The position numbers and the translations under genes are program-made. From contig OZ176052.1 of assembly GCA_964247055.1 (NCBI GenBank), forward strand, positions 7,130,001-7,194,000: a stretch of 64,000 bases of DNA, written 5' to 3'. Source of the DNA: Paragordius varius (lineage: Eukaryota; Animalia; Nematomorpha). Below are positions 1 to 13,400 of this stretch, one piece after another (the first letter of the stretch is position 1; the number at the start of each line of letters is the position of its first letter). The notes beneath the pieces are model-generated. The model saw nothing but the letters and a program-made list of their open reading frames with translations. It was not told where the DNA came from and ran no database searches.

Positions 1-143
1 AATTGTTTCCGAGTATTGGCATATGAACCCTACAAAATAAATAATGTCCAAGGCGGTAAATAAAAAATATTTTAGGACTTTTGAGTTTATTATAGTTTTT
101 TGGTCAAAAACCTAACCCTAATACCAATTTACATCATAAATAG

Positions 144-397
144 GCCCAAGTGTTGTATTGAATGGCGTCCAAAAACAGTCACCCATTATGTCTCAAGCTT
201 ATTCAATCTCATTCACAGCGTCAAAACCAAACACATTAAGCTCTGAATCCAAAAATAACCCACCAATGTCTTGTTGTCACACCTTTCTGAAAAAATATAA
301 AAGCCGTTCCAAACGTATTGATGTACTTTCGCGCATCTTTTTTCCACTAGCATTTACCGGTTTTAATATTGTTTATTGGGTAGCCTACATGTTATAA
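144..397 (+). CDS. Terminal exon of a Cys-loop ligand-gated anion channel subunit (glutamate-gated chloride channel-like): end of TM3-TM4 loop plus TM4; rest of gene lies upstream of the window
   Basis: Acceptor aaatag|GC at 143/144 opens the frame of ORF 158-397. It ends SRSKRIDVLSRIFFPLAFTGFNIVYWVAYML*, the canonical TM4 pattern (ID..SR..FP..F..FN..YW). The SKRIDV motif is typical of invertebrate GluCl-alpha. The family call is firm; GluCl specifically is less so. Confidence 0.85.
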
Positions 398-1190
398 TAT
401 TATGTGTATGATAATACTAAAATATTCCTTTTTGTCAAAAAAGGTTATTTTTAAATAATTTTTTAACTGAGACGTATCTAACTTGAACATATTTTATTGC
501 TTAATCACTATTATACTTCGCATTTATAATAAAATTTATATTAAAAAATTCTTTGTGATAATAATTGATCTATATCCAATATTTTTTATATATTTATTTT
601 ATTCATTAAATTGATTGTAATTAATTTTCATCTATGTGGCCATTGTATTTAAAAAATATTAATTAATTATTAAATTATTTTTTACGCATATTTCTGTAAA
701 ATATATATATATATATATATATGATTATTACTCTCATTTTAACGGTTTGCAATAAATTTGATACGATGATTAATAAATCATTTGATGTTAATTGAATACC
801 GAATGCCGCCAAACCGCGCTATATAGCCATCTTTATATAAAAAATTGCCATAATAAAATTGACCTTTTTTATTTTTCAATGCTGTTATTGTTTAGTTTGC
901 TATTTATTCAAATCTATCTTCGGGGTAAAATTTACGGTTTATATTGTAAATCTAAGCTACTGTATAACTTTGGAACAAATTTACGGGTTTTTAATTTCAA
1001 AATAGGAGGAGTAATGCTATGTTTTTTAATATTTTTATATTTTTAATGTTAACAAATTTTAAATAAATGCAAACCCATAAATATCAATTTAATGTATGCT
1101 TATAAAAAAATTGAATTGCAAAGTTATTAAATATTTTATGGAATCGCAACTTTGTGGTATAATTTTCATAACTAACATAAAGAATTCTAG

Positions 1191-4100
1191 CAAAAATACC
1201 CACAAATAAGTTTGTCCAACGGTATTCCGAATTTTATAGATCTTGAAATCCATTACCTTTTCCTATTTAAACAACTAGTATGAATGTGTCTTGGGGATCC
1301 CTTTTTTACTTTTGGGAGATAAAAATTTATCGATATAACTTATTAGAGAAATAAAAAAGCGACACTAAAAGCCAACTACAGTTTTTTTATGTTTAACTCT
1401 TAAATGTATGAATCATAACGCTTAATATTTCAAAAATATATTTGAATATATATGGGTCATCCAAAATTAAACCATTATTAGTTCCATTTTTTAAAAAAAA
1501 CCGTATTGGCTAAAATTATCAAAAAGGATTCGGTCATAAATTAAAAGATTAATTTTATTAATGCTAACTAATACTATTTAATAAAATTTAATTTCGACAA
1601 ATTTAGTTTATATATATAATATATATATTTGTAGGTCGCTAATGTGTTTTCCTACTTGGTGGTTTTATAAAAATCTTGGGTTTGAATTAATATAAAATAC
1701 TTTAAATCTTTTATTTTGAAAAAATTAGCAGATGAAATGTTTTATATTAAGCATAAACATAATTAGGCTAATTGTTAGGGTTAGACGGCCAATTAAAAGC
1801 TCAGATTAGCTTGTAAAATATGTAAGCTAAGAAAATTTAATTATATAAAAACTTAAGCATAAATCTTGGAATGTAGTTAATGGATAGTTTTAGCTAAATA
1901 GCCTATCCACAAAATATTTCCCTAAAAAAATTAAAGTATTGTATTTAATGTTTGTTATTAATTAAAATTTATCATATAACTATTTAATAGCATAGTTGTT
2001 ACTCAAATCATAGGTTAAGGCTATTTGGGTTTTTGTATTTAATATGGTGTTTGACTAAATTTTATTTGTCCGATTCTGACATGATAAACTTTATATAACA
2101 ACTATGGATGAAAGATGTAAAAGTTTGAAATATAAAAAATTTTTAAAGGCTAAAACCCTATTAAAGTTTATAAGATTGTAAAATCCAATTTTTATGTAGT
2201 TAATACTTATTTATTTTAGCATCGATACAATCCGAAATTGCCTGTATTGAAAAAAAGTAAGAATTATTATGCTACAATAATAAATATTTTTATATCGTTT
2301 TATCAAAAAATGAACCTATATCTTAATTTTTAAGAATTGTTAAAACGCATGTTAGATTTTTTATTTAAGATCTTACATTGTATTTATGAAAACCAAAAAG
2401 ATTTCAGTAACAATCCTTGTTTTAATCTAAATACAAGAGGAAAACACAATTTTGAAAAATTTAAAAAGTAACATTTTTTAAAGTACCACCTATATAAAAC
2501 ATCATAATATGAAACAGAGATATCGTAGATGTGGATAATATAAAATTGATACAAGCTCCGCAGGTTATTTGGAAGAATCACACATTTCCTTACCTGGGAT
2601 TAAGTCTGGAAAATCAACCTCTTATATATATTGCAATTTATGAACGCAAATTACCAGTAATTAATTATCTGCTCCTTTTTTTTAACTGTTACTTTTTCAA
2701 AATTAAAAAATTGTGATATAATTAGAGGACTACCTATGTTATTTTCTAGCTAAAAGCATATCTTGTTGAACTTTAATGTCATGTCCATATATCATGCATA
2801 TTTTAAAGTTTCAATATATTTTTTAGTTTTACATTGATATTCTTCCAAATACGGCCAAATATTTGGTATATTCAGAGGTGGCTTATGACAATTCTCTCCA
2901 TTTCTACGGGAAACCGTTCCGGCCTGAGGATCACTTAAAATATATGGATATGAAAAAATATAAATTATTTAATCCGAAATCAGAGATCATTAAAGTATGT
3001 CAAATGCCTATCTTATTTCGCTAAAAATGAAAACAATCGAAATTTGAAAAATATTCTTAAAATCTTTAACACAAAACACTTTGATGATGACATATATAAA
3101 ATTAATTAAAAGTTTTACAATTTATTTTAATGTTTGTTGATAGAAAATCCTTTTATTTTAATAGAATGCCAGCATTTAAAATGTGTTAATGATTAGTGAT
3201 TAATATTTAAAACTTCAATTTTTAAATCATAAAATCCAAAAAGGTGCTTTACATTTAAGATGATGCATATTTTATCTTTTTTTAATTTTTTTGCTTGATT
3301 TTATAAAAAAATTAAAAGTTATTTGTTTTAAATACACCGTAATTAAATATTAAAAACTGCTATAAAATTTCCTAGAAAGGTTTTATAATGCTTCATTTTT
3401 AATTTATTGATTAAAGTAGGCTATATTAAATATACATGCCCTCTAAATTTATGATTAGTTTAGAATCTTCCAATCACCATTATATGGCTTGGTAATTTAT
3501 GAAATATATTCGAGATCAATCGTCATTTTTAGAGGATGGCAAAATCCTGTCAAAAGCTATATTTTTCATATATTTTTGAATAAAAACATTACAATGTGCC
3601 CTCTTCCAATCTATATAATTCCAGGTAATTCTTAAGTTAAATACAGTAGCGTATGGCATAAAACATTATTAGTCCATAAGAGAATAAAAAATGTTTTTTT
3701 TTAAAAAAACAAGCCTAGTTTATATACACATATCCATAATCCCCTTGTTTTTTTTTAAAAAAAACATTTTTTATTCTTTTATGGACTAATATTGTTTTAT
3801 GCCATACGCTACTGTAATTGTAACTTACTGATAAACTAACATGCTCGAATATACCGATTGCCATTGATTAAATATGGTAACATAACATCTGCTTTAAAAA
3901 TTATTTTATATTAATATATATTTAGTTAAACAGGGTATAGTTGTAAATGTAAAATATAGTTTTTAAGATGTTTGTAACATATCATTCGATTAATGTATAT
4001 GAACTACATATTGCTAATATATACCATTTACAATTCAATTTCACCCTTGAACAATTCAAATTCACCCTTGAACAATTCAAATTCACCCTCAAATAAAATA

Positions 4101-7100
4101 TAAGTTTTTAAATATTAAAAATTACATATATTTTATGTATTTTTAAAAAATAAATATTATGTTTTAAATTAAAATAATACTTAAAAGATAATAAACTATA
4201 CCATAAACATATATTTTATATTAATAATTAGTTATATTAGTTCGAAAATACATAATTTATTTTTAAGGTGAATTTGAATTGTTAAAGGGTGAATTTGAAT
4301 TGTTCAAGGGTGAATTTGAACTGTAAATGGTATATTTTGTGATCGCATATTAAAATATGAAAAACTAACATGCAGTAGCGTATGGACTAAAAGATTGTTA
4401 GTGCAAAATAGAATTAAAAAATGTTTTTTTTAAAAAAACAATCCTAGTTGTAAAAACACATATGTATAATGTCCCCTTGTTTTTTAAAAAAAACAATTTT
4501 TTATTCTATTATAGACTATTATTGTTTTACTCATACGCTACTGTATACAAATTAACTATAATCAAATATTAATAGTAACAACATAATATGGAGAATATCA
4601 TTTACCATTGTAATTAGCATAGTACTTTCTATCAAGCAATAGGTGGCTTTATTAAACGAAAATGAGGACAATGTTTACCACTTATCATAGTGTGAGAGTT
4701 TCGTCCTTTTTGTGGACTCATCAGTCACACATAATGAACACGGGCAAACACTGTCAATTAGGATTTGTATATATACTGAATATTTAAGTTTTGAAGACCA
4801 ATTATTGTTTATGAAAAAGGGAGATGGCAACCCATTGTACTAATATCATGTCAATTATCATAACTCGTTTTAATCATTAGTCAGGATGATAATAATAAAC
4901 TCAGTATTATGTTGTTACTAAATATTATAAAGTTTTGATATCCGTTTTTTAATAAGGATCCAAATCGGGGATTTTTCCGCTGTAAATGGTGGGTATATAT
5001 CTATAAAAGATCGTCCCAGAATAAATGTTTATTGATTAACAAATTTGAAACACAAATATTAGTTGTAAAAAAATGGAATTTTTAGTTTGAATTGTAATTA
5101 CTTAGATATTTATTTCCTCATCTTTAGAACCTGAATTCGCTTTACACCCAAAATTTGGGAACGGTATGAATCTTGTAATAATTTTTAGAGTTATATTATG
5201 ACTATTCCATTATCTGTCAGTATATATTTAAAGATGGGAATTACAGTATCGCCAAAAAGAAGAAAAATAAAAAAATGATATATTTCTTCAAGTTACTGTA
5301 CTCCTTTATTTTAAGGGATATACAATTGAAAATAAAACATGGAAAAAATCTGATAGCACAATTTGATTGCGATTATACGAGGAAAGTGGGCGAAAATGGC
5401 AACTATTACCAATTTATTAACGATGCCTCAAATCTTTTGACAATGCTTACAACTTTTCAATACAAAATTAAACTCAAAAAACCAGTAATAATTAAATTTA
5501 TTAAATTTTTCCCAATACTTAAGAATTCGAAATCAGAACAAAAAATATGTGGACCTTCTTGTTAAACATTGTAAAATCGGTTTTTATGATATAGGTATAT
5601 TTCTAGCTATTTCTTGTTGCTCTCTATTTCGGTTACAAAAGCGGTTAGAAAAATAATATAATAAATTAAAATATATTAATGCCGTTACTTTTTGAAATAT
5701 ATATGCGACACTACTTTCCTTGAAAGCAAAAAATAAATAAATATGCCGCCTGAATAACTATTTAAACAAAAAAATGTTCTCAAAAAGACTTAAAAAATTT
5801 TTTTAATGTAGCTACAACAGAGAAATAAAAAACGACGAAGAAAACCTAATTATCAGTATTATTTGCAACGTAACTATTCCTATATTTATAGTAATAGAAA
5901 GTCAATGAATTAAAACAGTCCAGGCCGTTTCAATTTTAATTAAGTATTTAATGCTTTTTTAGACGGTTTTTATTGTTTTGTGTTTTTGACGGTTTCAAAT
6001 TAACATCTGAACAAATTTATCGTTATAATTTGTAAACATGAATATTTGGGTAACACGTGGTTAATAAGGTTCAAAATAAATAAAATAAAGGTCCTAATTT
6101 TTTTTCTTGAATACATATTAGAAAAAAGCTTTAGACAAATATTAACTATCTATATATGAAATCCAACCAAAAAAATGGCGTTTAAACAGTAAACGATTGA
6201 TCCGCATCGCCGGTGCGCATAAGGTTCCTGTCTGACAAAATATATATAAAAACTTGAAATTAACAACATGAGGAACAAAAGATTCATATAATTTTATAAA
6301 ATATATTTTCTTACTTATGATATTTCCATAATAATATATTTTGAACTTAATGGGTTCATGCGGAAATTAGTCATTTTTAACACTCTCAAATTTCTACATA
6401 TATAAGTTTTTAATTTTGAATATTATCAAAAAAAAATTATGACATGAGGCTTAATAATTTCATATATCTCATACTACAATTTATTGTCGCTTTATCGATT
6501 TGATATGAAAAAGGAAAAAGGTTTCAAATCAACAAACTATAATTATAGAGTTTTTAAAATGGGAAAAATATATTATAATAGATATCCATTACTCTAAATA
6601 CCTCCAAACTCATTGCTTGTAAATTGTATTTGCTAAATTTAACAAGTGGGAACAAGGTTGGGATAGACGTAACAAAAAACATATTGGTATGGTACATTTT
6701 ATATTGGACATCTGAGTAAAATTATTGTTATCCGATAAAATGAAACAAAATCAGAAAAAACTGAATATTTTTGCTTGTCAAATTCATTTAAATCTCTTTA
6801 ATAAAATGTAAGGTTGTGGATTATTTGTATATAAAACATAATTTATACATAAAAATACTTTATTTATAGTATCCAAACTGAATGTTGATTAGCAATCAAA
6901 AAATAGTTAATTTTATTTAAACATTACACTATTGCAGGGAAAGAACCAAATTATAGATATAAGTTTAAGAATTGAACAGCCATATTTTTACTAAACTTTA
7001 TAATATGTAGGCATTAAAATAATTTACAAGAGAATAGTCTGGAATTAGCAAAATATAAATAACCAATAATTATTCTTAAGTTTGCATATTATTATTTCAG

Positions 7101-7289
7101 GTGAAAATAATCCAAAGCAACAATAAATTGGTTTATGAAATCGAAGATACAAGCAATCATATAGATCAACAAATTTTTCCAAACCATATTTTAATGTCAA
7201 TTAAGACGGTCGGATCCAACAATGACAAGGAAGTGAATTCGAATAAGTGGAAAAAGTTTACGATAGATATTATAATCAAAAAATGTTAA
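1191..7289 (+). CDS. Multi-exon gene for an unrecognised protein (beta-rich, several N-glycosylation sequons, possibly secreted)
   Basis: Open, GT/AG-flanked exons with matching phases: 1191-1277, 2220-2256, 2529-2656, 2827-2994, 3459-3624, then 5106-5163, 5189-5484, 6582-6686, 7101-7289 (stop). The link between 3624 and 5106 needs an unresolved exon. A possible hydrophobic N-terminus starts at ATG 879 (MLLLFSLLFIQIYLRG) but was not linked with certainty. No family recognised. Confidence 0.6.
3644..3814. mobile_element. MITE family A copy 1 (Tc1/mariner-type, TA TSD, ~70-bp TIRs)
   Basis: TA|CAGTAGCGTATGGCATAAAACA(T/A)TATTAGTCCATAA... at both ends in inverted orientation, with TA on both flanks (3642-3643, 3815-3816). 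Confidence 0.85.
4024..4330. mobile_element. Foldback MITE family F1 with 21-bp subterminal tandem repeats
   Basis: TIR TA|CCATTTACA(A/G)TTCAA; three copies of CAATTCAAATTCACCCTTGAA at 4031, 4052 and 4073, mirrored at ~4266-4325; TA flanks. Confidence 0.85.
4373..4543. mobile_element. MITE family A copy 2 (diverged)
   Basis: CAGTAGCGTATGG...CATACGCTACTG ends; the internal sequence aligns with 3644-3814. Confidence 0.8.
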
Positions 7290-7401
7290 ACGCCCTAGCT
7301 TTATTTTATAATAATAAATACTAATGCTTCGCTTGTATATGAATTTATTTGTTAAATTATATGATTGAAGAAAGATTTCCCATGCGAATATCAAAACATT
7401 T

Positions 7402-10400
7402 TTACAAAATGGAATCAGCTAATTGGTCATATTCTGGGACAAAATCCAAATTGGGCTTAAGTTGGAATCGAATTTGTAAATTTTTCTTGGCAGCTATTTT
7501 TTTCATCAACGTTTTTTCAATCAAATTGCGCCAATCCTCGTTGTATTTTCGGTTATCCAGACCAAATGGAGGGCATGAATCAGTAAAAATATACTAAAAA
7601 TAAATATTATATGATAACTTTAATGTTAGGTATGCTATATCTAAAATAATAAAAATATAAACATTTTTTCATTCAAAGGTAACATTCTTTAAACTAAAAC
7701 CGCATTTTTTCATTCAAAGCGACATTTATGAGCTGAAACTTATTGGTCATAATCGTTTTTTGAAAAACGTTGTCCCAAAATTAAACAATCTTAAACTTTA
7801 AATACAACAGTTTTCCAAATATCGAACCTTCAAATATTTATCAAGATAGAGATGTAAAGTGAACGCTTTATTTATGCTTGTACTACTCGTCGATTGAGCT
7901 TGTTCTAAGTTAGTTCGAGTCATATTCTCATTTGTTGTATTGGTGTAACCACCACCACCACCACCCCCAGGCATCCAAGATTCTAGGTTTAAGAATTTTA
8001 TAGCCACATTTTCAGCCTCATTGCGGTAAGTTGAATTACTCCCTTCATTACATGCTGTATACAGGATGGCCATGTAAGTTTTATGGAACGATCTAATGTA
8101 ATCTTCAAACCATTCACCCCTAAAAGCCGGGAGTGACGTAGCATTCATGGATAAGAGACCGGTTGAACGCAAAACTCTAGCATATGATGAGGTAGGGAAG
8201 TAAGCCTTACAAACTGTATCCATGTAATATATGACATTCGTAATGAACGTTTTAATAGGGATGGATTTGTTGGCGATAGACTAGTTAACAAAATAAAATT
8301 ATGTTGAAAAATAGATTGATAAACGCTTATTTTTGGGGTGAGTTATGTGGATAATACATACTTGATGAAAGTAACCCAATAATTTATCTGTAAGCGTGTG
8401 TGAGGGGGCTTGACCCTTGTGTAAGTAATTGAGCAACTGATAAAACAAGAGATATGACAGGATTTTAATACCACTACTAGCATATTCGACCTATAAACAT
8501 AAAAATTATAGATATTTAATATTGTAAAAGAGCGGGGATAACCTTTTCATAAAAGTTTTTATAAAATTTAAATAATAATGATATATTCATTTACATTGGA
8601 TGATTTGATTAAATATTCGACACAATCACAAAATGCCAACCAAAGTGACGGCTGAGTTTCAGCCAAATCCAAAAGTAATTGAGGTGTCTTCTTGGCAACT
8701 ACAAATAATGTTGTTTCCCATGCAATGTATTCGGTATTTTGCTTTTCCAGAGTATTTTTGTCTATTATACCACAAATCGACATATTTTTTGAGCAAACAT
8801 GTAAATGATATTATTGTTTATAAATAAATTTTAAAAATACACAGGAAAAAAGATAAATTAAAGTAGAAAGATTTATGATGATGATATTTCGAAAATAACA
8901 TTAACCTCTAATTACACATAAAAGTGATTTAACCCCAATAAAAAAGTTACGCTTTTAAGGGCAGAGTAAATGACACACCGAAAAAGTTAAGACTAATAAA
9001 ATGCTGGAATGAGTGTAAAAAATGAGGAGAACCTCAAACAACGTTTACAAAAATGAAAACGATAAATAACATGTGATATATCCAAAATGTAATCAATACA
9101 AAAAAATGGACACAATCATATACCTAACCACGATTCAAAATGCGACAGCAAATAAATGATTTATGGTATGGTGTGTTATGAAATGAAATATTGGTTAATT
9201 GCTGAAATACATCACAAAATAATATGACATACTTAAGAATCCAAGTTTTGCGATATGGTTCAAAAAGTAATCACGCGAAAGAACATGTCCAAGGCAACCT
9301 AGGCACCCATATGCAAGTCGCATATTTTCAGGATCCTGACTAAACCAATATTCAGCGCCCACTCCATCTCCCTTTGTGGTAAAAATATTGGGTACTATTA
9401 TATTGGTGCTTTCGTCATTGTTGGCTTTATCATTTTTATCAATGTTGTAGGTACTGGTATTGTTGTTTTTTCCAGCTTGTTTAAGAGTCATTTGTTTAAT
9501 AATTTTACTCATCTCATCAATAGATCGGGCCTTTTCATTACCCAATGAGAGTTGAGACAACTCCTCATTTTCCATCATGGTTTCCCCATCATCAGAATCA
9601 CCGCTTTTATAGGTCGTGGTAGAATGATTTTCTCCAACAAAAGATTTGTCTATATCTACAATTTTTTTAAATATAATAATATATGGTGAATAACGTATGT
9701 TGGTAAAATATTTCGTTATATTGGGCACATTCGTCAAAAAACTGATATAATTCGAAATTATTTTCATACATTTAAAATTACTTACGCTAAATCAAGAGTT
9801 TATTTATTAAAAGAGCATCATTATATTATCTCTATATAATACCAAGAGCTGCCAACAGTTTATATTCTAGAGTTAACTTTGGACTTATCATAGGTTGCGT
9901 TGATAATCGGGATGCAAGCTCCGCATTGTCACATACAGCGGATAATGCGATTCTTAGCGCATATAACGCAATCTTCCTATAAAGAATAGATAAATTTAAA
10001 ATATTGATGGGAAAAACACATAGATTCAATAAATAATTCATGCTACATACAATCTAGTCGTTTAATATATAGCACATTGTGCGCTTCCTTATCATTATTT
10101 CACCCTTTTTATACATACATCTATATTTTATTATAATTGAAACAGTCAACAAAAATACATTGAGCAATTATACTTTATTGCATATATATCTCAATTTTAC
10201 ACTATTATCCACATATTTATATCAATGCATCAATAATATACAATATGCATATTTATACTGGCCTATTCACATTATTGTTGGCCAATCGGTAATACAGTAG
10301 CGGTGGTATAAAACAAATTTTGTTAATAATCAAATAAGCAAATTAATGTTGTAAGATAAGAAAAAAATTGTGAAATTTAAACATGTTGTTGTTTTTACCC

Positions 10401-13400
10401 ATACACTATACTGTGTTGCCAATTGGCCAACATAAATGTACAAACAGTAGTATTTAAAAGCAAAAAAGGTATATACTGGTCACACAAAGTTCGATACTCA
10501 GGACTCGTCAAATCCTTACAACTTTTTGACACTTTTCCACGCTCGTCATTCTTTTTATCATCGTTGTCGTCGTAATCTTCATTATCCGATGCGGACGAGG
10601 ACGTGGCTGATGAATCCAACGGTTTTTCTTGAATGCTTCGCTCAACAACCCGGACCAATTCCATCAACACACTACTTGGTCTGGGATGGATGGGCATAAG
10701 ATGACCTAAACCACGGCCCGCTTGTAATCGCATATAGTATTCGGGTGTCAAAGATTTATTATCGGGCCCATGAGAAGTGTGATAGGAAATTTTGGTTCCT
10801 AAATAACAGTTTTTTTAGAGTATTTTTCCCTTTTTATTATAAAAGTAGGGATTAAAAATTGTAATAAGGGTCCATAAAAGCTTAAAAACTCGCCGGCTCA
10901 AGGCTGACTATGATAGAAGCGCAGTTTTAGGGATTCGAACTTTGGCATACACATATAGTGTGAGAATTCGAAGCCCTATCTACTATTCTACGTCCTAATC
11001 AATGTGGTTTTGTTAGTTTCAGATAAAGTTGAAGATTCTCTTGTATAACTGTGACCGTTTTGGTCACTAAATCAAACAGTTTTAAGTTTATAATTATGAT
11101 ATTGTATTATATCTAATGATATTTGATGTAAAAATCATGAAAGTTCAGTGTTATAAGAAAGCTAGACGGTTTTAGAAAAATCACCAATAGGGAATATTTG
11201 TTCAAAAATTGTATTATCAATATTGAACAGCAATATATGGATTTGAGATAATGATGTCTAATTAAAATGTGAATGAGATTATATTTAAAAACGGTGAGAC
11301 GGGTTAGTCTTTACCATAAAATATTAAAATAACTGAAAATATATTAGCAGAGATATTCTTCCAATATGAAATAGCTAATAATAACCAACAGTGGTTTAAA
11401 TCTGAAACCAATATTTATTAGCAGGTTTAATATAGTAAAAATAAATACCCTTGCTCCTAAATAAAAAATCTGCATATATTTTTGTAAAAGACCAACAACC
11501 GGTGTTTTTAGCGTCCAAAAATCTTAAAAAATCTCAAACGCATTCTGTAGTTTGGAACGTATTTTAATCTAGAGTGGATAATATATAATTTATAATGTAT
11601 TACTATCATCACTTGTCGAATGAAATGGACTATAATCTTTAATCACTTTGAGAAATATCATTTGGAGTTGTGGGACAAAAGGCTTCAAATCTTTACCATT
11701 CTATGAAGATTGTTAAATATAATAATAGGTAAAACCAAACTTTATGACAAAAATATCAAAATATTTGTATGGAGTGGGTATTAAAACTGTAATTAATAAA
11801 TTATTTTATAGTTAATCGCATGACGTACAAAAATAGCAAGTATAAACGAATCCATCTTTTATTTATAAATTTCACATACCTTGAACAATAGCATTCCACA
11901 AACGTTAATGTATTGTGCTTTGATTAAAAAGGAATGCTTTTGCGTTAGAAATCTTAACATTGGCCCAATTATTTTTAAGCAATATGGTTGTAAAGCTTCG
12001 CTGGGAGCGACCTTTATAAGTTCCGAAAGGGCTTGAGAACCTAAATCACGAAGCGTTTGAATTTGTTCTTCATCAAAATGTTGATGATGTTGTTCTGATG
12101 TTAGTGTGTTTTGCTTACCTTGAGGTATCATTGGGGGTAATTTAACCTTAAAGGAAAGAAAATCAAAACTATGATTACTAAATGATAAATGATAACAGAG
12201 TTATATTGTTTAGTATAAATGTGATTTGATTTATACTAAAATATCTTTAAAACCGATTTTATGAATCAACTCTTACATCTAAAATAAATCGTATTATATA
12301 ATCCTGAAAAATGAATAGGAGAGGTTTGGAATTGAGCTACTATATAAAAACGTTCCCCAAAACAAAAATTAAAATTAAATAAATCAACTTTTGAGTATTA
12401 CCATCAAAGCCTTCTCAAGAAGCAAATATAAAATAGGGGACAAAGACGCATATAAAGCGCCAAACTTGATGTCTTTACGCATATAAGCTTCGACGGGTAC
12501 ATCCTTTCCATTTTCCACCACATTTTTATTATTAGTGACGACTGAATCATTTTTTGTGGATAACTGCTGATAGAGTTTAGGATGCATATAGGGTATAACT
12601 TTGAACCCTGGAAGTATAGAGGTTATCGGTGACCAATCTTTTCTAATATCAACAATGACGAAAAAATATATTGTGAAGAATAGAAATTTTTACAGGGCGT
12701 TATTATAAACAATGATTTATACCCCAACATATTTCGGAAAATCACATAATTAAATGGTATGAGAGGCTCTTGATTTGATTCACCAATAATTTCTGTATTA
12801 TGTGTCCTATAATTGGCCATTAAGGGAGCCATGGTCGTAGTTTGATGGTAAGATTTCAAGAAATTTTTGAGTGCCAATAAAATTTCTCTAACGGCTTCAT
12901 TAACGTCCCTCGTTTTGATGGGTTTCGTCCTGTGTTGGAATCTAAGTATGGAATTATTTCCACCATATTGGTCACCATCGTCGTCGTCAGCCTGGCTTTC
13001 ATCGTCATCAGAACGATCGGAATCCTCATCCCCACTCTCAGAAGCGTTGTTTTGCTTGGAATCGGAAACAGTTGCTTGAAGATTCTAAGCAAAAAAAGTA
13101 TTAGGAGGTCATCAAATAATTTGTGCAATTCTAAAAAAAGGTTACATTATAAGGAAGTATCTCTGAGGATAAAAAATATATAAAAATGGTAAAATTGACA
13201 TGTATAATGATTTGCCCAAAATATAATAATTAAATTTAAAAAATTAGTATGATTAAATAACTCAAAATTTCAAAGGCTTAAAATAAAATGTTATTAATAT
13301 AATACATGAAATATCAAATCAAGCAGACATCCAGAAAACAATACAAGGCGCCAATCATTGCTTTTATATAAATTTAGGAGTCCTTTAACGGTATTCAAAC

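Noticed and set aside
4031-4090. 21-bp direct repeats here and at 30000-30070, 60680-60745 and 63755-63810 as possible CRISPR-like arrays
   Set aside because: The units are contiguous with no unique spacers, are mirrored in inverted arms, and lie in a eukaryotic genome with no cas genes; they are MITE subterminal repeats.
10915-10995. Possible tRNA gene
   Set aside because: The B-box is present but the acceptor and anticodon stems do not pair; treated as a SINE-like relic.
11170-11430. Exon-like segments in the GCN1 intron 10799-11603 (e.g. TSLSQIHILLFNIDNTIFEQIFPI)
   Set aside because: The flanking exons join directly in phase (11604 to 10798) and continue the GCN1 alignment; these segments are not phase-compatible with each other.
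12856-13183. Overlapping ORFs 12867-13079 (+), 12932-13183 (+) and 12856-13128 (-)
   Set aside because: Shadow ORFs of the acidic, GC-richer GCN1 exon 12723-13084; the Ser-rich plus-strand product is simply the antisense of Asp/Glu codons.
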